Source: Cuniculiplasma divulgatum (GTDB lineage Archaea; Thermoplasmatota; Thermoplasmata; Thermoplasmatales; Thermoplasmataceae). Taken from it: 32,000 nucleotides of DNA. A program made the translations under genes and the position numbers. Within the stretch, counting starts at the first letter, position 1; the number at the start of each line of letters is the position of its first letter. The stretch lies in NCBI RefSeq assembly GCF_900083515.1, contig NZ_LT671858.1, forward strand, positions 1,200,001-1,232,000. The letters are read 5' to 3'. The notes below the pieces were generated by a model. The model did no database searches and was not told the DNA's origin. It worked only from the letters and a program-made list of their open reading frames with translations. This document shows, piece after piece, positions 1-10,044 of the stretch.

Positions 1-1527
1 GTCGTAAAATCTGTCCCTGTTTGATACTGATCGTACTCCCCACTCCGTTACCAAGTCAGGTTGGTATAACCATTTAAGACCTTCACTGAATAAAGAACCA
101 CTGAAATACATGGCTGGAACTATCTGCATTGCGCCCTTTATATCCCTCGTTTTACCATCATTTGCGGAATCAATAATTGTTATTCCATTTTCTGTAAACC
201 TGTAAAATAGGTCTTTATAGAGCTTTAGTATGCTTTCAAAACGCCTATTACCTTCTCCATTCATTTGATCAAAGACTCTTATAGCTTCGAGCCACCAGGC
301 ATTCACATCCACACATATACCGTCCCGTTTTTGTGCCCATGACTCTGGCCATCCGATGAGACCTTCGGAAAAACGATTTTCTATCAGGCCATCCTGATCT
401 CTGTCGCATGATTTACAGAAATTCATAACATCGCTTATGGTTTTTTCATCAGATTTTTTTCCGGTCCAACCAGAAAGCATATACATGCAAATGATCCATA
501 GAGGTGAACTATCTATGGACATAAACTGTGTCGATACTGGCGAATCTCCAATTTTATAATTATCACCTTTAATGTGACCTCCATTTGAAAGGGGAATCTC
601 ATGTGGTATTCTTCCTCCTTTAGAGAATGAATAAAGCATGTCTAAATGATTTTGTGCAAGATCTCCCAATCCACATTCAATCGCAGCCATAGACATCCAT
701 TCTCCATCTCTTCCGAAAAACCATGAAAATTGAGGTATTCCTGCGTAAAAACCATTTCCAATAGGAGTGGATGTAAATAATTCCAGGAGGTCATGTTTTG
801 CCCATCTGAATAGTTTATTTATTCTGAATGAGGGAGTAACCAGATTTGATATGGTGTTTGTCTTTTCATTATATTTTATTGAATTTTCAAGATCATTTTC
901 TTCAGGTAAGGAATCATCGCAAGAAACATAAATATCCAGGAATGAAGTGGAATCTGAACTTATGGTTATCTTCTGATTATCTATGGCGATCTTAGTATTC
1001 CCGTTACTTTTGTAATTTATGGTAGTACTGGCAATACTACTACTAATCCTTATGTATCTTTCATTCACTTTTACCCTGTAATCCTTACCAAAATTGGATT
1101 GTGGCCATGCTGTCTCATGAAGAATCTGTATGTTTATCTCAAAATTGACCAGTTTTTCAGATCTTAACTTCATTTCAAGAATGGCTTTTTTGGAGGCAAT
1201 GAAGTCCAGCCTTTCAAAATCCTCATACTGCCTGTAAATGTATGCAAACCCCCTTACATATTTCAGGAAGGTTTCTTTTTCACTTTTACCATTTACCTTA
1301 ATATCCAGTCCCGATATGTGCTGTGTGTCAAAATTCCACAATCCCACCCTTCTTCTTGGAGAAATCCATGATTCAATGGAACCGTTCTGACCACACACAA
1401 AGTGAACAGGTCCATTCTTGATTACAGAACTATAAAAACCTTCACTTCGTGAAGTATCCCGCTCTACAATCCAGTGATCCATATCTCTTTCGTTGTCACC
1501 GATTTTCAGAGTTCTGCAGATATCCAT
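1..1527 (-). CDS. Glycogen-debranching-enzyme-like glycoside hydrolase (amylo-alpha-1,6-glucosidase / GDE_C type), C-terminus outside window
   Basis: Own minus-strand translation: ATG at 1527 (MDICRTLKIGDNERDMDHWIVERD...), open for 509 codons to position 1 with no stop. Internal ...GFYAGIPQFSWFFGRDGEWMSMAAIECG... matches my recollection of the GIPWF..FGRD signature of GDE_C proteins. Starts 26 nt after the ABC ATPase stop on the same strand. Missing from the ORF track, apparently because it touches the window edge. Confidence 0.6.
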   Translation of the reverse strand, partial: MDICRTLKIGDNERDMDHWIVERDTSRSEGFYSSVIKNGPVHFVCGQNGSIESWISPRRRVGLWNFDTQHISGLDIKVNGKSEKETFLKYVRGFAYIYRQYEDFERLDFIASKKAILEMKLRSEKLVNFEINIQILHETAWPQSNFGKDYRVKVNERYIRISSSIASTTINYKSNGNTKIAIDNQKITISSDSTSFLDIYVSCDDSLPEENDLENSIKYNEKTNTISNLVTPSFRINKLFRWAKHDLLELFTSTPIGNGFYAGIPQFSWFFGRDGEWMSMAAIECGLGDLAQNHLDMLYSFSKGGRIPHEIPLSNGGHIKGDNYKIGDSPVSTQFMSIDSSPLWIICMYMLSGWTGKKSDEKTISDVMNFCKSCDRDQDGLIENRFSEGLIGWPESWAQKRDGICVDVNAWWLEAIRVFDQMNGEGNRRFESILKLYKDLFYRFTENGITIIDSANDGKTRDIKGAMQIVPAMYFSGSLFSEGLKWLYQPDLVTEWGVRSVSNRDRFYD

Positions 1528-1552
1528 TATACTCTCAGTTTTTAGCAAATTA

Positions 1553-2698
1553 TCACTTTCCTTTCTTATTTTCTACTAGCTTCTCTGGTGGATGAATTTT
1601 CAGTATTGGATTCTTTATTCTCGATCCATCAGGTCCAAACACATAGAACCTTTCTGAATCAACTGAAAATCTCAGTTCAGATCCGGGCTTTAGATCAAAT
1701 ATATCTGTTTTGGTCCTTGATTCTCTTGAAAGTGCTATTGTTATATCATTACTACCCATTTCGACCTTTATCTGTATAACCGACCCAAGAAATTCCAGTG
1801 TTTTGAGAGTTGTTTTTATTTCACCATCAACTACCAGCTTGAAATCCGTCGGTCTGATTCCTATGGTCAGTTTATCTGGCAGATCAGCAGATTCAAATTC
1901 AAGACCAAATGGTGTAGTCTCGTCCTCAGAATCGAGGATGAACATGTGCGGATTGCTGGAATTTTTCACAAAATTAAAAGTATTCATCGCTGGTGAACCT
2001 ACAAAAGTGGCAACGAACACATGTTCTGGATTATCATACAGTTCCCTTGGTGCACCTTCCTGAATCTTCACCCCATTATTCAAAACAACTATCCTATCAG
2101 CCATGGACATGGCCTCAATCTGATCATGTGTAACATAGAGAATACTCTTCTTTGTAATTCTGTGGAAATGTATGAGTTCCTCTCTCATCTCATCACGGAA
2201 TTTTGCATCCAGTCCTGTCAATGGTTCATCCATGAGATAAATAACAGGATCACGTATCATCGCCCTTGCCAGACCAACTCTCTGTGCCTGTCCACCGGAT
2301 ATCTCCCGCGGTTTTCTGGACAGAATTGTGTTGATCCCAACTATTTTAGCAACCTCATTTACCCTCCTATCTATTTCATCTTTTGACACACCTTTCATCC
2401 TTAGATTTAGTGCCAGATTATTGTAAACGGTCATATGTGGATACAGTGCCTGATTCTGGAACACCATTGCAACATTTCTTTCAGAAGGGTGAATATCATT
2501 CATTATCTCTCCATTTATCACCACATCTCCAGAATCCTGAATGATAAGGCCAGCAATTATCCTCAGGATGGTACTCTTTCCGCCTCCCGAAGGACCCAAA
2601 ATAGCCACAAATTCTCCATCTTCTATGTGCAAGTCAAAATCTTTTAGTGCAACGGTTGACCCGTATGCCATGTTTAGTTTTTTCAATTCTATTGCCAT
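1553..2698 (-). CDS. Sugar ABC transporter ATP-binding protein (MalK/UgpC-like)
   Basis: 381-aa ORF. Walker A GPSGGGKST, ABC signature ISGGQAQRVGLARA, Walker B IYLMDEPL, plus the long C-terminal extension typical of MalK-type importer ATPases. Follows two permease genes. Confidence 0.9.
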   Translation of the reverse strand: MAIELKKLNMAYGSTVALKDFDLHIEDGEFVAILGPSGGGKSTILRIIAGLIIQDSGDVVINGEIMNDIHPSERNVAMVFQNQALYPHMTVYNNLALNLRMKGVSKDEIDRRVNEVAKIVGINTILSRKPREISGGQAQRVGLARAMIRDPVIYLMDEPLTGLDAKFRDEMREELIHFHRITKKSILYVTHDQIEAMSMADRIVVLNNGVKIQEGAPRELYDNPEHVFVATFVGSPAMNTFNFVKNSSNPHMFILDSEDETTPFGLEFESADLPDKLTIGIRPTDFKLVVDGEIKTTLKTLEFLGSVIQIKVEMGSNDITIALSRESRTKTDIFDLKPGSELRFSVDSERFYVFGPDGSRIKNPILKIHPPEKLVENKKGK

Positions 2699-2703
2699 TG
2701 TTA

Positions 2704-3633
2704 TTACCCCTTTACTCCTGTGAGCGCAAAGCCCTCTACGAAATATCTCTCAAATAGGATATAGATTACCAGTGTTGGTATCAGTGTTAGGAATACAACC
2801 ATCATCATTTCATTCCAGTATATCTGTGTACCATTCACACCCTTGAAGAAATTCAGAACCAGTGGCAGTGTGAAGAGCTTCTGGGAATGAACTTCCATTA
2901 AAGGCCAGAGAAAGTTGTTCCATGTTCCGATAAAAGTGTAGATCGTAGCTGCAGCAAATGCAGGTTTTGCCATGGGTGCTGATATCTTGTAGAATATCTG
3001 GAATGGCGATAAACCATCCAGTTTAGCTGCGTTTTCAACATCCGCTGGAATGGTCATGAAATACTGCCTAAATATGAAAACGTTGAGTCCAGAAACGATT
3101 TCCGGAAGTATGAGTCCCTGATATGTGCTGATCCATCCCAGATCCAGCATGAATATGTACGAGGCTATGGATATTACTGGAAATGGTATCATCAATGTTG
3201 CTAGTACAGCATAGAATAGAAGATCCCTCCCCTTGAAATGAAGCCTGGCAAATGCATATCCAGCCGCAGATCCTACAAGGACGCTTCCTGTAACCACAAC
3301 AGCTGCTACAAATACGCTGTTGAAATACCATAATGGAAATGAACCAAAGCTTACAACTGACCTGAAATTTGCGACCAGGTTTCCAACACTTGTCAAACTG
3401 AAGGGGTTAAGATCGGGTGGGAAATGTGCAAATATACTGCTTCTAAACATTTTCAGGAACATCCAGTAAAATGGAAGCATATATATTATTACAAGCAGGA
3501 TGCTTAGGATATAGATCACTCCCTTTTTTGCTGGTCCTATGGACAGCAACATTTCGTATACGTCCTTCTTCCTGTTTTTTCCGATAGATCTGGTTTTTGA
3601 ATTCCCTGTTTTGTTTCTGAACATTATGTCCAC
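2704..3633 (-). CDS. Sugar ABC transporter permease (MalG/UgpE-like)
   Basis: 309-aa polytopic ORF with a binding-protein-dependent permease EAA-type loop (AAKLDGLSPFQIFYKISAPMAKP). Overlaps the upstream permease by 10 nt. Confidence 0.85.
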   Translation of the reverse strand: MDIMFRNKTGNSKTRSIGKNRKKDVYEMLLSIGPAKKGVIYILSILLVIIYMLPFYWMFLKMFRSSIFAHFPPDLNPFSLTSVGNLVANFRSVVSFGSFPLWYFNSVFVAAVVVTGSVLVGSAAGYAFARLHFKGRDLLFYAVLATLMIPFPVISIASYIFMLDLGWISTYQGLILPEIVSGLNVFIFRQYFMTIPADVENAAKLDGLSPFQIFYKISAPMAKPAFAAATIYTFIGTWNNFLWPLMEVHSQKLFTLPLVLNFFKGVNGTQIYWNEMMMVVFLTLIPTLVIYILFERYFVEGFALTGVKG

Positions 3634-4535
3634 CTCGTATCTTTAAGATATCTTCTCTGCATGAGCGTGATGAACAGGATTGCAAAGAAAAGTATGAAAG
3701 AGGCAGCAGCAGATAGACCAACCTCCCCAAAGTAGATGAATGTCCTATTATAAATAAACATCAGTGGAACATAGGTTGAATGGGAAGGCCCACCATCAGT
3801 TATAACGTAGATCTGATCAAACAATTGCATAGAACCAATTATTCCAAGTATCACGACGATAAAAGTCGTGAAATTGAGCATCGGTGCATAGATATATCTG
3901 AATCTGTGCCAGCCAGACTTCACACCATCTAAACTTGCTGCCTCCAGTACACTTCTTGGTATTGTCTGTAGCCCGGCAAGATAAATTATCATAAAATATG
4001 GGGTTGTTGAGAAGATATTAAGTGCCATAATTGCAGGAAACGCATATGTTGTGCTGAAGAAGAAATTTATTGGTTTAACTCCGAAAAATGATATGAAATA
4101 ATTTATGAGACCCTGGTCTGAGAATACCCAGATAAATATGATTGACAAAGCGACTGAAGATACGATCGCAGGAATAAATACAAAAGCCCTTGATATTCTT
4201 GATACCATCATTTTATGATTGAAAAGTATGGCAAACATAAAGGCCAGGATGGTCTGTATTGTGACAACTACAACTGTATAATAAAGTACATCCAGAATTG
4301 CCTTAGCAAATAGTCCGCTGTGGAGCACTGTATCATAGTTGGCCAGTCCCACAAAGAAAACTATGTGACCAAAAGGATTGTAATGAAAAAGACTTATTGC
4401 AAAGGAATACACGGCTGGAAAGAAGGTAAACACTATGATAAGCATCATAAGTGGTGCTACCAGCAGATAGCCATACCGTGCCTCCAGCTTTAGATCTATC
4501 TTTTTTTTCTTATTTTTTAATGAGCTATTATTCAT
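3624..4535 (-). CDS. Sugar ABC transporter permease (MalF/UgpA-like)
   Basis: 303-aa polytopic ORF with EAA loop EAASLDGVKSGWHRFRYIYAPML. Second gene of the operon. Confidence 0.85.
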   Translation of the reverse strand: MNNSSLKNKKKKIDLKLEARYGYLLVAPLMMLIIVFTFFPAVYSFAISLFHYNPFGHIVFFVGLANYDTVLHSGLFAKAILDVLYYTVVVVTIQTILAFMFAILFNHKMMVSRISRAFVFIPAIVSSVALSIIFIWVFSDQGLINYFISFFGVKPINFFFSTTYAFPAIMALNIFSTTPYFMIIYLAGLQTIPRSVLEAASLDGVKSGWHRFRYIYAPMLNFTTFIVVILGIIGSMQLFDQIYVITDGGPSHSTYVPLMFIYNRTFIYFGEVGLSAAASFILFFAILFITLMQRRYLKDTRWT

Positions 4536-4587
4536 GATTATATCATCGCCTTAAAATGTCTAAATGTAAATAAAATGTTTTAAAAAA

Positions 4588-5916
4588 TTATAGGGTTGAT
4601 GTACCAGCCAATGAAGCATTGGTCACATCAAGCATCTCAGTAAGAGCCTTATTTAGCGAAAGTGATCCTGCGAACAGGCTTGCATAAACATTATGCACAT
4701 CGAGCTCTGTAGCCTCAAAGTTTGTGGTGTTGTAATTCCATCCGTAGGCGTAAGGGAACTGCTTTCCAACAAATGACTGAATTGGGAAGTGTGAGCTATA
4801 CCAGGAACTATCAAGTATTGCAGTTCTTGATGGTAGAGCAAGCCCTTCAGACACCCACTGTTTTTCACCAACTGGTCCAGTGAAGAATTCTACAAACTGA
4901 TCTGCAATCCATTTTTGTGTTCCTACCAGAGCGCTGTTTACACCTAGACCCACATTGAACATCATTGTAGCATGGATACCTGTTGGTCCTGCAGGCATAT
5001 AATAGTAACCCACATCTGACATCTTGCCTACAAAATAAGCACCGCTTGCATTAAGTACTGGTACAGTCCATGTTCCGCTTACTATCATTGCAATATTTCC
5101 CGCTGCAAAGTCTCCCCCATTCCATCCTGCGCTGAAATTAGAGTTTAATTTGGCAAGACCACTTGAATAAAGATCATACCAGTATGAGAATCCTTCCTTG
5201 AACGCTGTAGTATTATTTACGGCTCCGTTACCTTTTTCATTTATCCAGTCTCCTCCAGCTTCATGCATGAATGCAAGCGCTCTTGCAACCTGTGGTCCGA
5301 TGACCATCGGAGTAACATCCTTTATACCGAGGGATGAAGAAGCCATGGACTCATTTGCCTTAAGCATTTCAAGTGTTTGTTTCATTGTAGTCCAGTTCCA
5401 TGTACCATTTCCTGGATATGGAACATGTTCGGCACTGAATATTGCCTTGTTAAAGAAAACCGCCAATGGGCTCCAGTCTTTTGGTGCTGCATATAAACCG
5501 CTCTTATAGGAAAACGTCTTCAGGATTGATGGTGCAAAGCCACTGAGATTGTAGGAAGTGTTGGCAGTAAGTATTGGTTTTAGATTCTGTAAATAGCCCT
5601 CAGAAGCAAACTCCGGAAGTGCACTGTTTTCCATATAGAAAACACCTGGAGCACTGTTTGTTGCAAATTCAGTACCAAGGGTTGGATAGAAATTATTCAG
5701 TGATTCAAAGGTTACAGAAACGTTTGAATGCTCACTATTGAAAGTATTGACCATATTCTGATCAAATGTATATTCCTCACCGCTGGATACTGCAGCAGCG
5801 AAAATAATAGACTGCTTGCTAGACTTTGCCGGATGGTAGACTTCAAAATAAATACCCAATCCAGCCACTATTACTATGATTACGATAACGATTGAATAAA
5901 TCGCTTTCTTGTTCAT
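4588..5916 (-). CDS. Extracellular solute (sugar)-binding protein of ABC importer
   Basis: The track ORF is 4588..5946. I place the start at ATG 5916 (MNKKAIYSIVIVIIVIVAGLG...), a basic N-terminus plus single TM anchor as in archaeal binding proteins. Trp/Tyr/Gly-rich ~440-aa body. First gene of the operon. Confidence 0.8.
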   Translation of the reverse strand: MNKKAIYSIVIVIIVIVAGLGIYFEVYHPAKSSKQSIIFAAAVSSGEEYTFDQNMVNTFNSEHSNVSVTFESLNNFYPTLGTEFATNSAPGVFYMENSALPEFASEGYLQNLKPILTANTSYNLSGFAPSILKTFSYKSGLYAAPKDWSPLAVFFNKAIFSAEHVPYPGNGTWNWTTMKQTLEMLKANESMASSSLGIKDVTPMVIGPQVARALAFMHEAGGDWINEKGNGAVNNTTAFKEGFSYWYDLYSSGLAKLNSNFSAGWNGGDFAAGNIAMIVSGTWTVPVLNASGAYFVGKMSDVGYYYMPAGPTGIHATMMFNVGLGVNSALVGTQKWIADQFVEFFTGPVGEKQWVSEGLALPSRTAILDSSWYSSHFPIQSFVGKQFPYAYGWNYNTTNFEATELDVHNVYASLFAGSLSLNKALTEMLDVTNASLAGTSTL

Positions 5917-6093
5917 TAAAACATCACTGAATATACTAATGAACATTAGTATATAAATTTTATTTTACACAAATAACTGTATAAATAGTATAATGATGAA
6001 TTAAGTTTTTACCCGAATATCTACCGTCATAATCATATTGGAAACTTAAGATGTGAGGAGAATGCTTTTTAAACTCACTTACTATGTATTGAT

Positions 6094-7776
6094 ATGAAGA
6101 CGGATATTGCCTTTATACATCCTCCTAGCATTTACGACTTCAGAAAGAGGAATTTGAAAGCTGGGCCGATTAGTGATGTTGTACCGTCAACACCAGTTTT
6201 TGAGATGTATCCCATGGGATTTCTCAGCATGCTGTCTTACCTTGTTCCCAGAGGATATAATGCAAGAATAAGCAATGTTGCATCCATGATGGTAATGTCG
6301 GATAAATTCGATCCCGTAAAATATTTGAAATCTCTGGATACAGAAATTTATGGAATTGATCTCCACTGGTTACCGCATGTTCATGGCGCAATAAGTATTG
6401 CCAGAATTATAAAGGAATTTAATCCAGATGCAAGGGTATTGCTTGGAGGTTTTTCCGCAAGCTACTTCTCAGATGATATAATGAAAACGTATCCAGAGAT
6501 CGATTATGTGCTGAAGGGAGATTTTCAGGAATACAGTACGATGAAGCTGATTGATTCCGTTGAGAAGAATATTGATCTGGGTACAGTTCCAAATCTTGTT
6601 TACAGAGATGAAATGAGACATGTGAAACACAATCCGAATTCAAAGGAGAATACTGTTGACAATGTTTTCCTGAATTATAAAGTGTTAATGAGGAATGCAA
6701 TTAAATATCACGATGTTAAGGGCCATCTGCCATATGCAGACTGGATAAACAATCCAGAATCAGTTACCATAATTGAACATGGATGCCAGTTTAACTGTGC
6801 TTTCTGTGGAGGTTCTAATTTCTCTTACAGAAACAATTTCTTTCCTGTATCACCAGTATACAGGAATCCTGAAACTATTGCAAAGGAAATAGAACTGGCA
6901 AGAGAGATACTGGGTGCGCCCATATTTGTGGCAGGGGACATTAACCTTGCTGGTGAAAAATTTTATGGAAACCTTTTCAGAGAGATAAAGGAACTTAAGG
7001 CTGACATTCCTATTCTTACTGAGTATTTCAAGCCACCCCAGAAAGATTATCTTAACGAGCTTTCCAGATCCTTTGGTGAATTCTCAGTGGAAATATCACC
7101 AGAGAGCTCAAGCGAAAATATTAGAAGAATAAATGGGAGAGAATATTCAAATGAATCACTGGAAAAAAGTATTGCAGATGCTAAAGAGGCAGGATGTAAA
7201 AAGTTTGATGTATATTTTACCTTAGGCATAAGCGGTCAGGGGGAGAAGGAACTGAAAGATGATATAGAATACGCCACAAAGCTAATGAAATATGAAAAAG
7301 GAAGCGAAATGAAGGTTTATTCTTTTATTTCGCCACTTACACCATTCATAGATCCTGGTTCACTAATATATGAGAAACCTGAAAAGTATGGATTCCATAT
7401 AACGGCAAGAACCATAGAAGAATACTACAACCTGCTGGATAAGGGGAAGTCATGGGTAGATTTCCTGAATTATTATAACGACTGGATGAGTGCAAAAGAT
7501 ATTGAAAGACTTACATATCAATCAGAAATCGAGATGATTACTGCAAGGAGAGATTTGAGGCTCATAGATTCAGAAACAGCTGAGAATATTATTAACAATA
7601 TAAACAGGTACATTGATGGAAAGGATTACCAGAAAGATTACAGGAAGAACAGTCACCTTTCATACCTTAATAAGGATATAGAATGGTCAAAGAAACATAA
7701 TATAACAAGAAGTTCACTGATGGTCTACTGGTATAAGGAACTATTAGGCCTCGAGAAAGATCTTGGAAGGTTGTAA
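6094..7776 (+). CDS. B12-binding-domain-containing radical SAM protein
   Basis: 560-aa ORF. N-terminal Rossmann-like B12-binding-type domain (IAFIHPP...IYGIDLHW...RVLLGGFSASYF...IDYVLKGD), followed by the radical SAM cluster motif GCQFNCAFCGG (Cys codons at 6784, 6796, 6805). Confidence 0.85.
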   Translation: MKTDIAFIHPPSIYDFRKRNLKAGPISDVVPSTPVFEMYPMGFLSMLSYLVPRGYNARISNVASMMVMSDKFDPVKYLKSLDTEIYGIDLHWLPHVHGAISIARIIKEFNPDARVLLGGFSASYFSDDIMKTYPEIDYVLKGDFQEYSTMKLIDSVEKNIDLGTVPNLVYRDEMRHVKHNPNSKENTVDNVFLNYKVLMRNAIKYHDVKGHLPYADWINNPESVTIIEHGCQFNCAFCGGSNFSYRNNFFPVSPVYRNPETIAKEIELAREILGAPIFVAGDINLAGEKFYGNLFREIKELKADIPILTEYFKPPQKDYLNELSRSFGEFSVEISPESSSENIRRINGREYSNESLEKSIADAKEAGCKKFDVYFTLGISGQGEKELKDDIEYATKLMKYEKGSEMKVYSFISPLTPFIDPGSLIYEKPEKYGFHITARTIEEYYNLLDKGKSWVDFLNYYNDWMSAKDIERLTYQSEIEMITARRDLRLIDSETAENIINNINRYIDGKDYQKDYRKNSHLSYLNKDIEWSKKHNITRSSLMVYWYKELLGLEKDLGRL

Positions 7777-8047
7777 AATGCCATAGTATTTTCATACTTT
7801 ACATCAAGAATCAATTTTTGATTTATCAGACTGTAAGAAATGAATATTAATTGAATAATTGACTATTTCCATTGTAGTTGCCAGATGATCTGAAGAGAAT
7901 GATGTCTCTAAAAATGTAGAAATTTCCCATATTATGTAAAGGACATGATTTTTCACCTTATATGTTATGTTAAGAGTTTATTTGTATAGAGAAAATATGA
8001 TAATTGGAGTTAATTAAAATTCCAGAAATTAAAAAAAGGTGAAAAAA

Positions 8048-8644
8048 ATGACAGCACCATTTGTAGATCCTCTGGCAATCATGTTGATTGGTTTGGCCAT
8101 GGGAACAGGGATTGGAGCCTTCTACTTCTTTTACGCAGCAAGAGGGCAGAAGGATCAGATAGCCAGTTTGGTTTACCCTGCCATAGGTATAGGATTGTTT
8201 GATTTCATGAGCGGTTTTTACATGTCTTTTGCATGGCCAATGAAAACTTTTGGGGTACCGTATAACATGCTATTTGGTGATCCGTTGCTTATGTTCGGTT
8301 TACTACTGATTATTGGAGCAGTAATGATTTATAAGAATGTAAAACTTGGGATTATGCCATTACTTAGTGTACTGCTTGGCATTTATGTACTGGATGGAGC
8401 ATACAGTATTTCTGCACTGAAACTTGAAACTGGACAGAATTATATAACAGCAATGGGTTTATACATCTTCGATGCAATAGGTGCAATACTTGTTCCTATA
8501 GCATACTTCAAACCTGAGGAAGGAAAGAGCGGAGCTATAAAATACATGTATTACGTTGAGTGGATAATACTTGGAATCGGTACAATATTTGCACTTGTAA
8601 TCGGCTATCTGGCATTATATGGGCATCTGAGCAGCCCACCATAA
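8048..8644 (+). CDS. Polytopic membrane protein, family not recognised
   Basis: The track ORF starts at GTG 8039. ATG 8048 sits ~7 nt after a GGTG Shine-Dalgarno-like motif (8038-8041). About 6 hydrophobic helices, Gly/Ala/Ile-rich, with no catalytic motif recognised. Confidence 0.6.
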   Translation: MTAPFVDPLAIMLIGLAMGTGIGAFYFFYAARGQKDQIASLVYPAIGIGLFDFMSGFYMSFAWPMKTFGVPYNMLFGDPLLMFGLLLIIGAVMIYKNVKLGIMPLLSVLLGIYVLDGAYSISALKLETGQNYITAMGLYIFDAIGAILVPIAYFKPEEGKSGAIKYMYYVEWIILGIGTIFALVIGYLALYGHLSSPP

Positions 8645-9078
8645 TGCATTATTTTTGATTAAAAAATACTAATATAATTTTTATATACAGATCAAAGTCG
8701 GAGATTGAGATTTTAGAAGTAATTTTGGATTTTACCATATTTAGTGCGGTTATCTGGTTTCGCGGGACATAGTAAAATGATTGATTTTATGCGTATGTAG
8801 TTGCGCCTCAAGAGGTAACAAATGTTGTAAGGTAGGATTTATTGATTCTTTGCATTATCAAAGTTAACAATTTCATATATATTCGGTTAATTCGGCAATA
8901 ATATTAAAAATCAAAACTTAATTTGAATTTGTGGAAATATAACTTCTGCCATCTAATTTGTACAATTGGGACGATAAACATTAAAATAGGGTGTATATTT
9001 AAAAATTTCAATTTTCTATCAAATATAAGTTTACCATGTAAACTGTTAAAGATAGAAGATTAGATATAATTTATATAT

Positions 9079-10044
9079 ATGCTTCATATAATATCGAAAG
9101 CTGAATTAATGGAACCACTTGTTGAGATTAAAAATTTAGGAAAAAAATTTGGAGAAAAGTATGCAATTAAAGATCTCACGTTTTCTATCAATAAGGGAGA
9201 AATTTTTGGACTTATTGGCCATAATGGTGCTGGAAAAACAACTACAATAAGAATTTTATGCTGTCTAATCAGTCCAACGGAAGGAAGTGCAAGAATAGGA
9301 AATATTGACGTATCAGATCAGAAGGAAACCCAGAAAATAAGGAAAATTATAGGGTATGTACCTGATAATGTAGGACTATACGAGCAGTTAAGTGCGTATG
9401 AAAATTTACTTTTCTATGGAAAACTGTATGACTACCCAGAAAGAGAACTGGAAGCAAATATTGAAAAATATCTCCGAATAGTCGATCTCTGGGATGAAAG
9501 AAATAAACCCGTTGGGACATATTCAAAGGGAATGAAACAAAAGGTGGCACTTGCCAGGGCACTGGTACATGAACCCAGTTTACTTATCCTAGATGAACCA
9601 ACTGCAAATCTCGATCCTGAAAGCTCAAAGAATATAAGAGATTTAATCCTGGACCTGAAGAAAGAGGGAAGGACAATACTCTTCAACACGCACAATCTGG
9701 ATGAAGCCCAGCGTATTTGCGACAGAGTAGGAATTCTGAAGACTACCATAAGAGCTATTGATACCCCAAACAATCTGAAGGAAAAATATGGAAGTGAAAA
9801 GTTAATAGTTGTCAGGATAGATGGAGTGGTGGAATCCATAATTGATTTGCTAAAAAATTCAGGTTTTTCTGTGCTGATAAATAAAGGAAATGATCTGACA
9901 GTTGAAAGCACGGGGAATAGTGATGAAAATCAGGCCATAATCGATGTAGTTAACAAAGCAGGTGGAAAGATAAAGTGCATTAACGAAGTGACTTCAAGTC
10001 TGGAGGATGTATACATAAGACTTGTAGAGGGTGAGAAAAAATGA
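9079..10044 (+). CDS. ABC transporter ATP-binding protein (ABC-2 / CcmA-type exporter)
   Basis: 321-aa ORF. Walker A GHNGAGKTT, signature YSKGMKQKVALARAL, Walker B LLILDEPT. An alternative start at ATG 9109 (MEPLVEIKNL...) is at least as likely. 4-nt ATGA overlap with the downstream permease. Confidence 0.85.
   Translation: MLHIISKAELMEPLVEIKNLGKKFGEKYAIKDLTFSINKGEIFGLIGHNGAGKTTTIRILCCLISPTEGSARIGNIDVSDQKETQKIRKIIGYVPDNVGLYEQLSAYENLLFYGKLYDYPERELEANIEKYLRIVDLWDERNKPVGTYSKGMKQKVALARALVHEPSLLILDEPTANLDPESSKNIRDLILDLKKEGRTILFNTHNLDEAQRICDRVGILKTTIRAIDTPNNLKEKYGSEKLIVVRIDGVVESIIDLLKNSGFSVLINKGNDLTVESTGNSDENQAIIDVVNKAGGKIKCINEVTSSLEDVYIRLVEGEKK

Noticed and set aside
1588-2723. Five plus-strand ORFs (60-121 aa) overlapping the ABC ATPase gene
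   Set aside because: They are antisense shadows of a strongly supported minus-strand gene. The translations are low-complexity with no motifs.
4501-4508. T8 homopolymer inside the permease gene (encodes KKKK)
   Set aside because: The reading frame is intact and the Lys run sits in the cytoplasmic N-terminus. There is no evidence of slippage.
7884-7907. C/D-box sRNA-like motifs (gatgatctga ... aatgatgt)
   Set aside because: The boxes deviate from RUGAUGA/CUGA, there is no terminal stem, and there is no properly spaced D box downstream.
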